64,000 nucleotides of DNA from an uncultured Actinomycetota bacterium (GTDB lineage Bacteria > Actinomycetota > Actinomycetes > Mycobacteriales > Pseudonocardiaceae), in NCBI GenBank assembly GCA_963816995.1, contig CAWFMI010000004.1, positions 95,973 through 159,972 on the forward strand. Direction: 5' to 3'. Positions 42,431-53,396 of the stretch are shown here, one piece after another (within the stretch, counting starts at the first letter, position 1; the number at the start of each line of letters is the position of its first letter). The position numbers and the translations under genes are program-made. The notes beneath the pieces are model-generated. The model had not been told where the DNA came from, ran no database searches, and saw nothing but the letters and a program-made list of their open reading frames with translations.

Positions 42431-44257
42431 ATGAGCAGGATGCGGGTGTCGGGCTGTGCCGCGTTGGTCCTGGCGCTCGTCGTGGCCGTGGCGGCCTGCT
42501 CGAACGAGCCGGTGGCTCAGCCGCCGCCCGCGCCGATCCCCACACCGCAGGCCGAGCCCACGCGGCTCGTGGTCGGCGTGGACGACATGGGCGCGGGCTT
42601 CAACCCGCACCTGCTCGCCCACCAGTCGCCGGTCAACACCGCGGTCGCCGCGCTGGTGCTCCCGTCGGTGTTCCGCCCCCAGGTGGACGGCACGATGCGC
42701 CTCGACCCGACGATCGCGACGAGCGCCGAGGTCACCGCCACCGAGCCGTTCACGGTGAGCTACGAGCTCAACCTGGAGGCTTCCTGGTCGACGAACGCGC
42801 CGATCGCGGCGGAGGACTTCGTCTACCTCTGGGAGCAGATGCGCAGCCAGCCGGGCGTTGCCGACGCCGCCGGCTACCAGCTCATCACCGAGGTGCGGTC
42901 GCGGGCCGGCGGCAAGGCGGTCGACGTGGTCTTCTCCCAGGCGTACCCGGCCTGGCAGCACCTGTTCGCCGACCTCCTGCCCGCGCACATCCTCAAGGAC
43001 GCCCCGGGCTCGTGGACGGGTGCGCTCACCGACGGCATCCCGGCGTCCGGGGGGCCGTTCCGGGTCACCTCGGTCGACCGGGCCCGCGGCGAGGTGCTGC
43101 TCGCCCGCAACGACCTCTACTGGGACACCCCGACCGTGCTCGACGAGCTGCTGCTCCGCAGGCTCGGTCAGCAGGAGCTGGCTCCCGCGCTGGCCGCGGG
43201 TGACGTCGACGTGGCCATGCCGGAAGCCGAGCCGGCCATCCGCACCGCGCTCGGCGGGCTGCAACCGGCGCCCAAGCTGCAGCTGGCGCCGGAGCCGATC
43301 GTCACCCAGCTGGGCATGCGCGCCGACGGCGGGCCGCTGGCCGACGCCCGGGTTCGCCGTGGGATCGCGATGCTGCTGGACCGGGAGGCGATCCGCGCGT
43401 CGGTGGCCCCCGAGTCCCTGTCCGCCGACGCATTCGGCCTGGCGCCGTCGCAGCCGGGGTACGCGTCGACCGCGCCGCCGGACGCGCCGCTGCGTCCCGA
43501 CCCGGCCGGCGCGGCCCAGCTGCTCGCGAGCGCGGGCTGGAGCCGGGACCTCACCACCGGCCGGTGGGCGGTCGCGGGAGGCCCGGTGTCGCTCGTGATC
43601 GGGGCGGCGAACGAGCGGCCGGAGGATGTCGACGTGGCTCGGGCGGTCGCGGAGCAGCTCGACGCGGCCGGCATCGACGTCACGCTGGTGGGTCCGGCGG
43701 CCGTGGATCTGTTCGGGCAGGCCGCGGTGCCGGCCGTCCCGCCGAGCCCGAGCCCCACGCCGTCGCCGACGGCCCAGCCCGGAGCCCCGGCCACCACCAC
43801 GGGCCCTCCGACCCCGGATGCGGCCGCGCCCGCGACGACGTCGGCCACCCCGGCCACCACCACGCCCGCGCTGCCGGCCACCCCCGGCGGGGTGGAGGTC
43901 GACCTGATGGTCCTGCCGCGCAGCGTCGGCGGTGATCCGGGCACCGAGCTCGCCTCCGACTACGGCTGCCCGGCACCCACCGCGCTCGTGGCAGACCCGC
44001 CGCGCCCGCCCACCGGCTTCTGCTTCCCGGCACTGCGCCCGGCGTTGAACGAGCTCATCTCGGCCGCGCCGCGGCCGGAGACCGCCACGGCGGTGGAGCA
44101 GGTGCTCTGGGCGCAGCTGCCGTTCCTGCCGTTGTTCCAGCCCGTCGATCTCGTGGTGAGCACCCCTGCCGCCGACGCCGTGACGGGCATCGGACCGGGA
44201 CCGCTCACCTCCGGACCGATCACCGGCGCCCAGAGCTGGCGCGCCACAGCAGGGTGA
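42431..44257 (+). CDS. lpqW: LpqW-like lipoprotein (family-5 solute-binding fold)
   Basis: Lipobox LVVAVAACS. SBP-5-like sequence. Its position directly after typA matches mycobacterial lpqW. Contains a Pro/Thr/Ala-rich insert of about 60 aa. Confidence 0.6.
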   Translation: MSRMRVSGCAALVLALVVAVAACSNEPVAQPPPAPIPTPQAEPTRLVVGVDDMGAGFNPHLLAHQSPVNTAVAALVLPSVFRPQVDGTMRLDPTIATSAEVTATEPFTVSYELNLEASWSTNAPIAAEDFVYLWEQMRSQPGVADAAGYQLITEVRSRAGGKAVDVVFSQAYPAWQHLFADLLPAHILKDAPGSWTGALTDGIPASGGPFRVTSVDRARGEVLLARNDLYWDTPTVLDELLLRRLGQQELAPALAAGDVDVAMPEAEPAIRTALGGLQPAPKLQLAPEPIVTQLGMRADGGPLADARVRRGIAMLLDREAIRASVAPESLSADAFGLAPSQPGYASTAPPDAPLRPDPAGAAQLLASAGWSRDLTTGRWAVAGGPVSLVIGAANERPEDVDVARAVAEQLDAAGIDVTLVGPAAVDLFGQAAVPAVPPSPSPTPSPTAQPGAPATTTGPPTPDAAAPATTSATPATTTPALPATPGGVEVDLMVLPRSVGGDPGTELASDYGCPAPTALVADPPRPPTGFCFPALRPALNELISAAPRPETATAVEQVLWAQLPFLPLFQPVDLVVSTPAADAVTGIGPGPLTSGPITGAQSWRATAG

Positions 44258-44476
44258 CTCAAAAGTAAGTTACCGACAGGTAATGAGTTGGTTGCGCTCG
44301 GTTCGGTTCCGGTCACCCTTTGGTCACGATCGAGCGGCGGCGGATGACGTGCGCGAAAGCGCTTCCTACCGTGCCCTGGGTCGGTGCGCCGGTTCGTCAC
44401 ATGGGCCGGGCTCGCCGAGCTGGTGTGACAGGACGCCCGACCCGGGTGATCCAGCAGAGAGAGGTCAGGAAGTCCG

Positions 44477-46231
44477 ATGAGGAGATCGAGGGCTGCATCG
44501 CTTGCCGCCATCGCGACCGTGGCGACACTGGTGCTCGCGGCCTGCGGCGGTGGGGGCGGCGACGGTGACGGCGACGCGTCGGAAGGTGGGAACTTCCAGG
44601 ACTGCACCGCCAGCCCCAACACCTGCAACGCCGTGCCGGCCGCGCAGATGCAGCCTGGCGGATCGCTCACGTTCGCGATCGAGAAGAACCTCGCGAACTG
44701 GAACGTGACCTCGTCGGAGGGCAACGTCTTCGAGGCCGGGATGGCGGTCAAGACGTTCCTGCCCTGGACCTTCACCACCACGCCCGACCTGAAGCAGGTG
44801 CTCAACGAGAACCTCCTGGTCTCGGCCGAGCAGACCAGCACCAGCCCACAGACCATCGTGTACAAGATCCGGCCGGAGGCCGTCTGGAACGACGGCACGC
44901 CGATCACGGTCGACGACCTCGTCTTCCAGTGGAAGACGATGAACGGCAAGGACTGCCCCGGCTGCATCGCGGCCCAGAACGCCGGCTACAACCAGATCGA
45001 GTCGCTCACCGGCTCCGACGGTGGCAAGACGGCGACCCTGGTGTTCGGCACGCCGTACGCCGACTGGAAGAACCTCTTCGCCTCGGGCACCCCGATCTAC
45101 CCGGCCCACATCGCCGCCCAGCACGGTGACCTCAACACCCCCGACGGTCTCGCGGCCGCCTACACCTGGCTCGGCGCCACCGTGCCGACCTACAGCGGCG
45201 GGCCCTACCAGGTGTCGGACTGGAAGGACAACGTCGCCCTGACCCTGACGCCGAACCCGCAGTGGTACGGCAAGACGAAGCCCACGCTCGAGACGCTGAT
45301 CATGCGGGTGATCACCGAGGCCTCGCAGGAGCCGATCGCGCTGCAGAACGACGAGGTTCAGGTCATCTACCCGCAGCCGCAGGTCGACCTCGTGCAGCAG
45401 GTGCAGAACATCCCCGGCGTGTCGCAGACCCAGGGCCTCGGGCTCACCTGGGAGCACCTCGACCTGAACCTGGCCAACGAGTTCCTGGCCGACGAGCCGT
45501 TGCGGGACGCGATCTTCGCGGCCACGAACGTCCAGTCGATCATCGACTCGACCGTCGGCCAGTTCAACGAAGAGGTCACGCCACTCAAGAGCCACATGTT
45601 CGTGCCGGGCATCGACGGCTACGAGGACACCCTGCCCCCGGAGCAGGGCAGCGGTGACGTCGAGCGCGCCCGCCAGATCCTCACCGAGGCCGGCTACACC
45701 GGCGTGGCCGAGGGCCAGCAGCTGACCAGGCCGGACGGCCGCGCCGTACCGCCGCTGCGGATCCGCTACACCGTCGGCAACGCGATCCGGCAGACCACCG
45801 TGGAGCTGATCCAGGCGCAGGCGCGCCCGCTGGGCATCAACCTGGAGATCGTGCCGACCGACGACCTCGGCGGCACGACCAGCAGTGGTGACTACGACCT
45901 GATCGTCTTCGCCTGGGTGCAGACGCCGGCGTCGTTCAGCAACGCCGAGCAGACCTGGAACAGCGCGTCGTCCAGCAACTACGGGCGCTACAGCAACCCC
46001 GAGGTCGACCGGCTCATGCACGAGGCGGCCACGTCCACCGACCTCGCCGCGGCCCGCGGCATGCTCAACCAGGCCGGCGAGATCCTCGCCGAGGACTCCT
46101 ACGTGCTGCCGCTGTACCAGAAGCCGACGTTCATCGCGGCGCAGGACGACGTCGTGAACATCCGGAACAACTCCTCGCTCGACGGCCCCACGTACAACGT
46201 CGAGGAATGGGGCCTGCGCTCAGCAGGCTGA
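44477..46231 (+). CDS. Peptide/nickel ABC transporter substrate-binding lipoprotein (family 5)
   Basis: Lipobox LVLAACGGG; 584 aa; first gene of a five-gene Opp/Dpp-type operon. Confidence 0.85.
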   Translation: MRRSRAASLAAIATVATLVLAACGGGGGDGDGDASEGGNFQDCTASPNTCNAVPAAQMQPGGSLTFAIEKNLANWNVTSSEGNVFEAGMAVKTFLPWTFTTTPDLKQVLNENLLVSAEQTSTSPQTIVYKIRPEAVWNDGTPITVDDLVFQWKTMNGKDCPGCIAAQNAGYNQIESLTGSDGGKTATLVFGTPYADWKNLFASGTPIYPAHIAAQHGDLNTPDGLAAAYTWLGATVPTYSGGPYQVSDWKDNVALTLTPNPQWYGKTKPTLETLIMRVITEASQEPIALQNDEVQVIYPQPQVDLVQQVQNIPGVSQTQGLGLTWEHLDLNLANEFLADEPLRDAIFAATNVQSIIDSTVGQFNEEVTPLKSHMFVPGIDGYEDTLPPEQGSGDVERARQILTEAGYTGVAEGQQLTRPDGRAVPPLRIRYTVGNAIRQTTVELIQAQARPLGINLEIVPTDDLGGTTSSGDYDLIVFAWVQTPASFSNAEQTWNSASSSNYGRYSNPEVDRLMHEAATSTDLAAARGMLNQAGEILAEDSYVLPLYQKPTFIAAQDDVVNIRNNSSLDGPTYNVEEWGLRSAG

Positions 46232-46333
46232 GTTCGCCCCTCTCCGGGGGTGGCCGCGCCTTCCCGGCGGCCGCCCCCGGAGCGGCGTAGCCTACCGACC
46301 ACCCGCCGTAGAAGACCATCCGGAAGATCCTCC

Positions 46334-47314
46334 ATGCTCGCCTTCGCCGTGCGGCGGATCGCGGTGTCGCTCCCGATCCTGCTGATCTCGACATTCATCG
46401 TGTTCATGCTCGCGTCCCTGGCGGGGAACCCGCTGTCGCCGCTGCTGACGCGAAATCCGCCACCGCCGGCGGAGACCATCGCGCTCGAAGCCGAGCGGCT
46501 CCGCCTGGACCATCCGATCCTCGAGCGGTACTGGATGTGGCTCACCGGGCTCTTCCGCGGTGACTTCGGCCCAGCTGTCCAGTCGAACCTCGACATCGGC
46601 GCCGAGGTCGGGGCCCGCTTCATGATCACGATGCGGTTGATCGCGGTCGCGATGATCCTCGCGCTCGTGCTCGCCGTCGTGATCGGCGTGGTCAGCGCCG
46701 TGAAGCAGTACTCCAAGACCGACTACACGGCCACGTTCCTCGGGTTCCTGTTCCTCGCGATGCCGGCGTTCTGGCTCGCGATCCTGCTGAAGCAGGCGGG
46801 TATCGACTTCAACAACGCGGTCGACGAGCAGGTCGTCTACACGATCGGCGAGGCGTCGGTGCCACTCCCGGAAGGCTTCGGGGCTCAGGTGGCCGACATC
46901 GCGGGCCACATGATCCTGCCGACGATCTCACTGGCGTTGATCTCCTACGCCGCGTGGAGCCGCTACCAGCGTGCGTCGATGCTCGAGGTGATGAACAGCG
47001 ACTACGTGCGGCTGGCCCGGGCGAAGGGCCTGTCGCGGCGCCGGGTCATGGTCAAGCACGCCCTGCGCAACGCGCTGATCCCGCTCACCACCGTCACCGC
47101 GCTCGACCTCGCCTCGATCATCAGCGGCGCCGTCGTCACCGAGACCGTGTTCCAGTGGCGCGGGATGGGCGACCTGCTGCTCAACGCGATCCGCAGCGAC
47201 GACGTGTACGTCGTGATGGCATGGTTGCTGATCACCGCCACCGTGGTGATCGTGTTCAACCTGCTCGCCGATCTGCTCTACGCCGTTCTCGACCCCAGGA
47301 TCCGCTATGCCTGA
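46334..47314 (+). CDS. Peptide ABC transporter permease (DppB/OppB-like)
   Basis: MLAFAVRRIAVSLPILLISTFIVFML is a typical OppB N-terminus. Ends ...AVLDPRIRYA. Confidence 0.9.
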   Translation: MLAFAVRRIAVSLPILLISTFIVFMLASLAGNPLSPLLTRNPPPPAETIALEAERLRLDHPILERYWMWLTGLFRGDFGPAVQSNLDIGAEVGARFMITMRLIAVAMILALVLAVVIGVVSAVKQYSKTDYTATFLGFLFLAMPAFWLAILLKQAGIDFNNAVDEQVVYTIGEASVPLPEGFGAQVADIAGHMILPTISLALISYAAWSRYQRASMLEVMNSDYVRLARAKGLSRRRVMVKHALRNALIPLTTVTALDLASIISGAVVTETVFQWRGMGDLLLNAIRSDDVYVVMAWLLITATVVIVFNLLADLLYAVLDPRIRYA

Positions 47315-48266
47315 ACACGGCCTGCCTCAAACCAGGGCGCCCGAGACCCAGGCGCCCGTGTCGGCCCCGGCAGCCGGACCTGGCGCCCCGGCCCCCGACC
47401 GTGAGTTCACGATCGCCGAGCGCAGCCAGCTCCAGCTCGTGTTCCGCCGGTTCCTGCAGCACCGGCTCGCCGTCGGCAGCCTCGTCGTGTTCGTGCTGCT
47501 GGTGCTGCTGGCCTACATCGGCGGCGCGCTCTGGCAGTACGACGTCGGCGAGTTCACGCCCGACAAGTCGGACGCGCCGTCGCTCGCCCACCCGTTCGGC
47601 ACCGACGCCGCGGGCAAGGACCAGTTCGCGCAGGTGCTGCGTGGCACCCAGATCTCGCTGCAGATCGCCGTGCTCGTCGCGTTCTTCTCCACGCTCGTCG
47701 GCACGGTGTGGGGCGCGATCGCCGGCTACTTCGGCGGGCTCGCCGACACGATCATGATGCGGGTCTCCGACCTCGTCCTCACGCTGCCGCTGCTGGCCGT
47801 CGCCGCGATGCTCGCCCACAACTTCGGCGGCACCTGGTGGCTGATCTCGCTGGTCATCGCCGGCCTGTACTGGGCGTACGTCTCGCGAGTGGCCCGCGGT
47901 GTCGTGCTGTCGTTGCGGGAGAAGGAGTACATCGAGGCGGCGCGGGCCCTGGGTGCCAGCGACGCGCGGATCATCTTCCGGCACCTGGTGCCCAACGCGC
48001 TCGGCTCGATCATCGTCAACGCCACGGTCCTCGTCGCGATCGCGATCCTGCTGGAGACGGCGCTGTCCTACCTCGGGTTCGGCGCGCGCCCGCCGGACAC
48101 GTCGCTGGGCACCCTGGTCAGCGAGGCGCAGACGGCGCTCACCACTCGTCCCTGGCTGTTCTACTTCCCGGGCCTGTTCATCATCCTGATCGCCCTGACC
48201 ATCAACTTCATCGGTGACGGCCTGCGGGATGCGCTCGACCCGCAGCAGACGAAGGTGCGCGCATGA
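47307..48266 (+). CDS. Peptide ABC transporter permease (DppC/OppC-like)
   Basis: 319 aa with six TM segments. Ends ...GDGLRDALDPQ. Overlaps the neighbouring genes. Confidence 0.9.
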   Translation: MPEHGLPQTRAPETQAPVSAPAAGPGAPAPDREFTIAERSQLQLVFRRFLQHRLAVGSLVVFVLLVLLAYIGGALWQYDVGEFTPDKSDAPSLAHPFGTDAAGKDQFAQVLRGTQISLQIAVLVAFFSTLVGTVWGAIAGYFGGLADTIMMRVSDLVLTLPLLAVAAMLAHNFGGTWWLISLVIAGLYWAYVSRVARGVVLSLREKEYIEAARALGASDARIIFRHLVPNALGSIIVNATVLVAIAILLETALSYLGFGARPPDTSLGTLVSEAQTALTTRPWLFYFPGLFIILIALTINFIGDGLRDALDPQQTKVRA

Positions 48267-49405
48267 CCCCGCAGGAGGAGGACCTGCTGGCGGTGACGCA
48301 GTCCGCCGGCGAGGCCGCGCGCGCGTCGCACGACGTCGTGCTGGAGGTCGACGGGCTCACCGTCGGGTTCCCCACCGATGACGGCCTGGTGCAGGCCGTC
48401 CGTGGCGTGAGCTACCAGCTGCGCCGGGGCGAGGTGCTCGGCATCGTCGGCGAGTCGGGCTCCGGGAAGTCGGTCACGTCGATGGCCGTGATGGGGCTCC
48501 TGCCGGGCTCGGCGCGGGTTTCGGGCTCCGTGCGGTTCGGTGGTCAGGAGCTGGTCGGCGCCAAGGACTCGGAGCTGACGAAGATCCGCGGGCGGCGCAT
48601 CGCGATGATCTTCCAGGACCCGATGACGTCGCTGAACCCCGTCTACACGGTGGGCTACCAGATCGCTGAGGCGGTGCGCGCGCATCACGACGTCAGCAAG
48701 GACGCGGCGCTGAAGCGGGCCGGCGAGCTGCTGGAGATCGTGCGCATCCCCAACGCGAAGGCGCGCCTCGCGAGCTACCCGCACGAGCTGTCGGGCGGGA
48801 TGCGGCAGCGGGTCGTCATCGCGATCGCGATGGCCAACGACCCGGACGTGATCATCGCCGACGAGCCGACCACGGCACTGGACGTCACGGTGCAGGCGCA
48901 GATCCTGGACGCGCTCGACACCGCCCGCGAGGAGACCGGCGCCGCGATGGTGCTGATCACCCACGACCTCGGCGTGATCGCCGGGCGGGCCGACCGGGTG
49001 CTCGTCATGTACGCCGGCAAGCTCGTCGAGAGCGGAAGCGCCGAGGACGTCTTCTACACCCCGCGCATGCCGTACGCGCTCGGGCTGCTGGGCAGCCTGC
49101 CGCGGCTCGACCGGCCGGCGGAGCGGCTCACCCCGATCCCGGGTGCGCCGCCGTCGCTGGTCAACATGCCGCCGGGCTGCCCGTTCACCCCGCGCTGCCC
49201 GCTGGCCCGGGAGGTCTGCGACGACCAGGAGCCGGTGCTGACGCCCACCACCGGCCCGGACCACACGGCCGCGTGCCACTTCTCCGACGAGCTGGTGGGG
49301 GTCGAACCCGGGCAGCTGTTCGGCACCAGGGTCACCGACCCGGCAGCGCTCGCGGAGTTCGTGCGCGAGACCACCGATCTCGACACGCAGGACCAGCCAT
49401 CATGA
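48263..49405 (+). CDS. Peptide ABC transporter ATP-binding protein (DppD/OppD-like)
   Basis: [18 protein letters not shown] and the C-terminal oligopeptide-type Cys motif PGCPFTPRCP. Confidence 0.9.
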   Translation: MTPQEEDLLAVTQSAGEAARASHDVVLEVDGLTVGFPTDDGLVQAVRGVSYQLRRGEVLGIVGESGSGKSVTSMAVMGLLPGSARVSGSVRFGGQELVGAKDSELTKIRGRRIAMIFQDPMTSLNPVYTVGYQIAEAVRAHHDVSKDAALKRAGELLEIVRIPNAKARLASYPHELSGGMRQRVVIAIAMANDPDVIIADEPTTALDVTVQAQILDALDTAREETGAAMVLITHDLGVIAGRADRVLVMYAGKLVESGSAEDVFYTPRMPYALGLLGSLPRLDRPAERLTPIPGAPPSLVNMPPGCPFTPRCPLAREVCDDQEPVLTPTTGPDHTAACHFSDELVGVEPGQLFGTRVTDPAALAEFVRETTDLDTQDQPS

Positions 49406-50433
49406 CCTCCACCCCGGTCGCCGCCCCGCCCGTGCTGAGCGTGCGCAACCTCGTCAAGCACTTCCCGGTGCGCTCCCGCGGGCTGCTGCGCCGCCAGGTC
49501 GGGGAGGTGCACGCGGTCTGCGGCGTCTCGTTCGACCTCGCCGAGCGCGAGACCCTCGGCCTCGTCGGCGAGTCGGGGTGCGGCAAGAGCACCACGGCCC
49601 GCGTGCTGCTGAACCTGCAGCCGGCCACCTCCGGGGAGGTGCGCTACCAGGGCCGCGAGCTCACGTCGCTCTCCCACTCCGAGATGCGGTCACTGCGCCG
49701 CGACCTGCAGATCGTGTTCCAGGACCCGTACGCCTCGCTCGACCCGCGGATGCCGGTCAACGAGATCGTCGCCGAGCCGCTGCGCATCCACGGCCGCTAC
49801 GGCGACGAGGGCCGTGCCGTCGTGCGCGACCTGCTGCGCACCGTCGGGCTCAAGCCCGAGCACGGCAACCGGTTCCCGCACGAGTTCTCCGGCGGCCAGC
49901 GCCAGCGCATCGGGGTGGCCCGGGCACTCGCACTGCGGCCCAAGGTGCTGGTGCTCGACGAGCCGGTGTCCGCGCTCGACGTCTCCATCCAGGCAGGCGT
50001 GCTGAACCTCCTCGACGAGCTGCAGAGCGAGCTCGGCCTGTCCTACCTTTTCGTCTCGCACGATCTGTCCGTGGTGCGCCACATCGCCGATCGCATCGCC
50101 GTGATGTACCTCGGCACGATCGTCGAGACGGGCACGTCCCAGGAGCTGTTCGAAGCCCCGGCCCACCCCTACACGCAGGCCCTGATCTCCGCGATCCCGC
50201 TGCCGGACCCGCGCAAGGAGCGCGCCCGCGAGCGGATCACCGTGGTCGGCGACGTGCCCAGCCCCGCCGACCCGCCCAGCGGCTGCCGCTTCCGCACCCG
50301 GTGCCCCAAGTTCGCGAACGAGCTCAGCGAGTCCGAGCGCCGGGCGTGTGTGGAACAGCCGCCGGAGCTGGTGGATCGAGGCCACGGCCACCCCGCGGCG
50401 TGCCACTACGCGGAGCGCAGAACCCTCCTCTAG
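49402..50433 (+). CDS. Peptide ABC transporter ATP-binding protein (DppF/OppF-like)
   Basis: [18 protein letters not shown] and [14 protein letters not shown] overlap with the upstream gene. Confidence 0.9.
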   Translation: MTSTPVAAPPVLSVRNLVKHFPVRSRGLLRRQVGEVHAVCGVSFDLAERETLGLVGESGCGKSTTARVLLNLQPATSGEVRYQGRELTSLSHSEMRSLRRDLQIVFQDPYASLDPRMPVNEIVAEPLRIHGRYGDEGRAVVRDLLRTVGLKPEHGNRFPHEFSGGQRQRIGVARALALRPKVLVLDEPVSALDVSIQAGVLNLLDELQSELGLSYLFVSHDLSVVRHIADRIAVMYLGTIVETGTSQELFEAPAHPYTQALISAIPLPDPRKERARERITVVGDVPSPADPPSGCRFRTRCPKFANELSESERRACVEQPPELVDRGHGHPAACHYAERRTLL

Positions 50434-50449
50434 TCCGGACTCGGACCGA

Positions 50450-51457
50450 TCAGGTCGACGGGAGCAGGTGCTGCTCCTCCGCGTGGTGGCAGGCGCTGGG
50501 GTGGTGCCCGCCGCTGCGGACGACGAGCGCGGGCTCCTCGTCCTCGCAGATCTCCGTGGCCTTCCAGCAGCGGGTGCGGAACCGGCAGCCGCTCGGCGGG
50601 TTGACCGGGCTCGGGACGTCGCCGACGAGCCGGATCCGGGCGCGGGCGGCGCGGACCGCCGGGTCGGGCACCGGCACGGCCGAGAGCAGGGCCTGCGTGT
50701 ACGGGTGGGCGGGGCGGCTGTAGATCTCGTCCTCCGGGCCGATCTCCACGATCTTGCCCAGGTACATGACGGCCACCCGGTCCGACAGGTGGCGCACCAC
50801 CGACAGGTCGTGGGCGATGAAGAGGTAGGAGAGCCCGAACTCGCGCTGCAGCTCGTCCAGCAGGTTCATCACCTGCGCCTGGATCGACACGTCGAGCGCC
50901 GACACCGGCTCGTCGCAGATGATCACTTCGGGCTTCAGCGCGAGCGCCCGGGCGATCCCGATGCGCTGGCGCTGGCCTCCGGAGAACTGGTGCGGGTAGC
51001 GGTTGATGTGCTCGGGGTTGAGCCCGACGACGTCGAGCAGCTCCTGCACCTTCTTGCGCCGCGCGCCCTTCGGGGCGACGTCGGGGTGGATGTCGAACGG
51101 TTCGCCGACGATGTCGCCGACGGTCATGCGCGGGTTCAGCGACGTGTACGGGTCCTGCAGCACGATCTGGATCGACCGGCGCAGGGCCTGCAGCGCCCTG
51201 CCCCGCTTCGCGAAGATGTCCTCCCCGTGGAACCGGACCCGACCCGCCGTGGGCGGCTCCAGCCGCATCAGCACCTGGGCCAGCGTCGACTTCCCGCAGC
51301 CGGACTCGCCGACCACGCCGAGCGTCTCGCCCTTCCGCAGGTCGAACGACACCCCGTCGACCGCCCGCACCTGCCCCACGGTGCGCTTGAGCACGACGCC
51401 GAGCTGCACCGGGAAGTGCTTGACGAGGTCCTCCACCTCGAGGATGACGTCCGTCAT
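50450..51457 (-). CDS. Peptide ABC transporter ATP-binding protein (OppF-like), second operon
   Basis: Starts [15 protein letters not shown]. Contains [18 protein letters not shown] and SGCRFRTRC. Confidence 0.9.
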   Translation of the reverse strand: MTDVILEVEDLVKHFPVQLGVVLKRTVGQVRAVDGVSFDLRKGETLGVVGESGCGKSTLAQVLMRLEPPTAGRVRFHGEDIFAKRGRALQALRRSIQIVLQDPYTSLNPRMTVGDIVGEPFDIHPDVAPKGARRKKVQELLDVVGLNPEHINRYPHQFSGGQRQRIGIARALALKPEVIICDEPVSALDVSIQAQVMNLLDELQREFGLSYLFIAHDLSVVRHLSDRVAVMYLGKIVEIGPEDEIYSRPAHPYTQALLSAVPVPDPAVRAARARIRLVGDVPSPVNPPSGCRFRTRCWKATEICEDEEPALVVRSGGHHPSACHHAEEQHLLPST

Positions 51458-52455
51458 CGGGCCACCAGCTCCTCGGCGAACAAGCACGCGGACGACCGCC
51501 CGGACGGCAGTGTCTCGGACGGCAGTACCTCCAGGGGCGGCAGCTCCTCCTGGCAGCGGTCCACCGCCATCGGGCAGCGCGGGTGGAACGGGCAGCCGGA
51601 CGGGATGTGGGTGAGGCTGGGTGGCAGCCCGCGGATGGCCGCCAGGGTGGTGCCCTTGGTGTCGACGCGCGGGATCGACTCCAGCAGCGCGCGGGTGTAG
51701 GGGTGGCACGGGTTGGCGTAGAGGGAGTGCACGTCCGCGTGCTCGACGATCCGGCCCGCGTACATCACGGCGATCCGGTCGGCCACCTCCGCCACCACGC
51801 CCAGGTCGTGCGTGATGAGGATCAGGCCCATGTGCCGCTCGGCCTGGATCTCGGCGAGCAGGTCCATGATCTGGGCCTGCACCGTGACGTCCAGCGCTGT
51901 GGTCGGCTCGTCGGCGATGAGGACGTCGGGGTCGAGCGCGAGCGACATCGCGATCATGACGCGCTGCCGCATGCCCCCGGAGAACTGGTGGGGGTGGTCG
52001 CGCACCCGTTGCCGTGCGCCCGGGATGCCCACCAGGTCCAGCAGCTCCACGGCCCGCTTCTCGGCGTCCCGGCGGTTCATCCCGCGCCGCGTGCGCAGCT
52101 GCTCACCGATCTGGAACCCGACGGTGAACACGGGGTTCAGCGCCGAGAGCGCGTCCTGGAAGATCATCGCTATGTGCTCGCCGCGCAGTTCCCTGCGCCG
52201 CGTCGGGGTCGCGGTGAGCAAGTCCTCGCCGCGGTAGCGCACCGCGCCGCCGGTGACGACGCCGGGCGGGCTCTCCAGGATCCCCATGATCGTGTTGGCG
52301 GTGACGCTCTTGCCCGACCCGGACTCGCCGAGCACGGCGAGCGTCTCGCCGGCGTCCACGTGGTAGTCGACGCCGTTGAGCACGTGCGCCACGCCGTCGC
52401 GCGTGCGGAACTCCACGCGCAGGCCGTCCACCTCGAGCAGCGGGGTCGTCGGCAT
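51454..52455 (-). CDS. Peptide ABC transporter ATP-binding protein (OppD-like), second operon
   Basis: Starts [16 protein letters not shown]. Contains [18 protein letters not shown] and [15 protein letters not shown] overlap with the upstream permease gene. Confidence 0.9.
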   Translation of the reverse strand: MPTTPLLEVDGLRVEFRTRDGVAHVLNGVDYHVDAGETLAVLGESGSGKSVTANTIMGILESPPGVVTGGAVRYRGEDLLTATPTRRRELRGEHIAMIFQDALSALNPVFTVGFQIGEQLRTRRGMNRRDAEKRAVELLDLVGIPGARQRVRDHPHQFSGGMRQRVMIAMSLALDPDVLIADEPTTALDVTVQAQIMDLLAEIQAERHMGLILITHDLGVVAEVADRIAVMYAGRIVEHADVHSLYANPCHPYTRALLESIPRVDTKGTTLAAIRGLPPSLTHIPSGCPFHPRCPMAVDRCQEELPPLEVLPSETLPSGRSSACLFAEELVAR

Positions 52456-53396
52456 CAGCGGCCCTTCGGGTCGAACGCCTCGCGCACCGCGTCGCCCAGC
52501 ATCACGAAGGCGAGCACCGTGACGGCGAGGAACGCGGCGGGGAACAGCAGCAGGAACGGGGCCACCCGCAGGTAGTCGCGCGCCTCGCTGATCATCACTC
52601 CCCACGAGACGACGGGCTCGCGCAGCCCGATGCCGAGGAACGACAGCGTGGCCTCGATCCCGATGAAGGCGCCGAGCGCGATCGTGGCGTAGACCAGCAC
52701 GGGGGCGAGGCAGTTGGGCAGCATGTGCCGCCAGATCACCCGCGCCGGGCCGGCGCCGAGTGCGCGTGCCGCACGGACGTAGTCCTGGTTGCGAGCAGCG
52801 ATGGCGGCCGAACGCGTGATCCTCATCGACACCGGCCACGACAGCGCCGCCATCGTCAGCACCACGAGCGCGGTGATGCCGACGGCGCCCTCGCCGATTG
52901 CCTCGCGGAAGCTGGAGAGGATCACGATGGCGCCGAGCACGAACGGCAGACCGAAGACGACGTCGGTGAGCCGGGAGACCAGGTTGTCGAGCCAGCCGCC
53001 GTGGTACCCGGCGAGCATGCCGAGAGTGCCGCCGAGGAGCACGGTGAACGTCGTGGCGAGCACTCCGACGACGATCGACACGCGGGTGCCGTAGATCGTG
53101 CGGGCGTACACGTCGCGGCCGAGCAGGTCGTAACCGAACCACGCCTGCGCCGACGGTGGTTGCCGGCTGCGGGCGAGGTCGCCTGCGCTCGGGTCGGCGG
53201 AGGTGAACAGCTGCGGGAAGGCCGAGAGCACCAGCAGGAACGCGATCAGCGCCACCGAGATCAGGAACAGCGGGCGTCTGCGCAGGTCGTGCCAGGCGTC
53301 GGAGGCGAGGCTGCGCGCCCGGTCGGGGGCGTCGCCGCTCGTGGGCTTCGAGGCGGGGTCCGCCACCGCGGAGCCCAGCATGCTGGGGTCAGACAT
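52455..53396 (-). CDS. Peptide ABC transporter permease (OppC-like), second operon
   Basis: 313 aa with six TM segments. Ends ...GDAVREAFDPKGR. Confidence 0.9.
   Translation of the reverse strand: MSDPSMLGSAVADPASKPTSGDAPDRARSLASDAWHDLRRRPLFLISVALIAFLLVLSAFPQLFTSADPSAGDLARSRQPPSAQAWFGYDLLGRDVYARTIYGTRVSIVVGVLATTFTVLLGGTLGMLAGYHGGWLDNLVSRLTDVVFGLPFVLGAIVILSSFREAIGEGAVGITALVVLTMAALSWPVSMRITRSAAIAARNQDYVRAARALGAGPARVIWRHMLPNCLAPVLVYATIALGAFIGIEATLSFLGIGLREPVVSWGVMISEARDYLRVAPFLLLFPAAFLAVTVLAFVMLGDAVREAFDPKGR

Noticed and set aside
44270-44283. TTACC-GACA-GGTAA inverted repeat in the AT-richer gap between lpqW-like and the first SBP gene
   Set aside because: Only 5-bp arms with no second copy seen. 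This is too weak to call an operator, and the stretch is more likely just promoter-region DNA.
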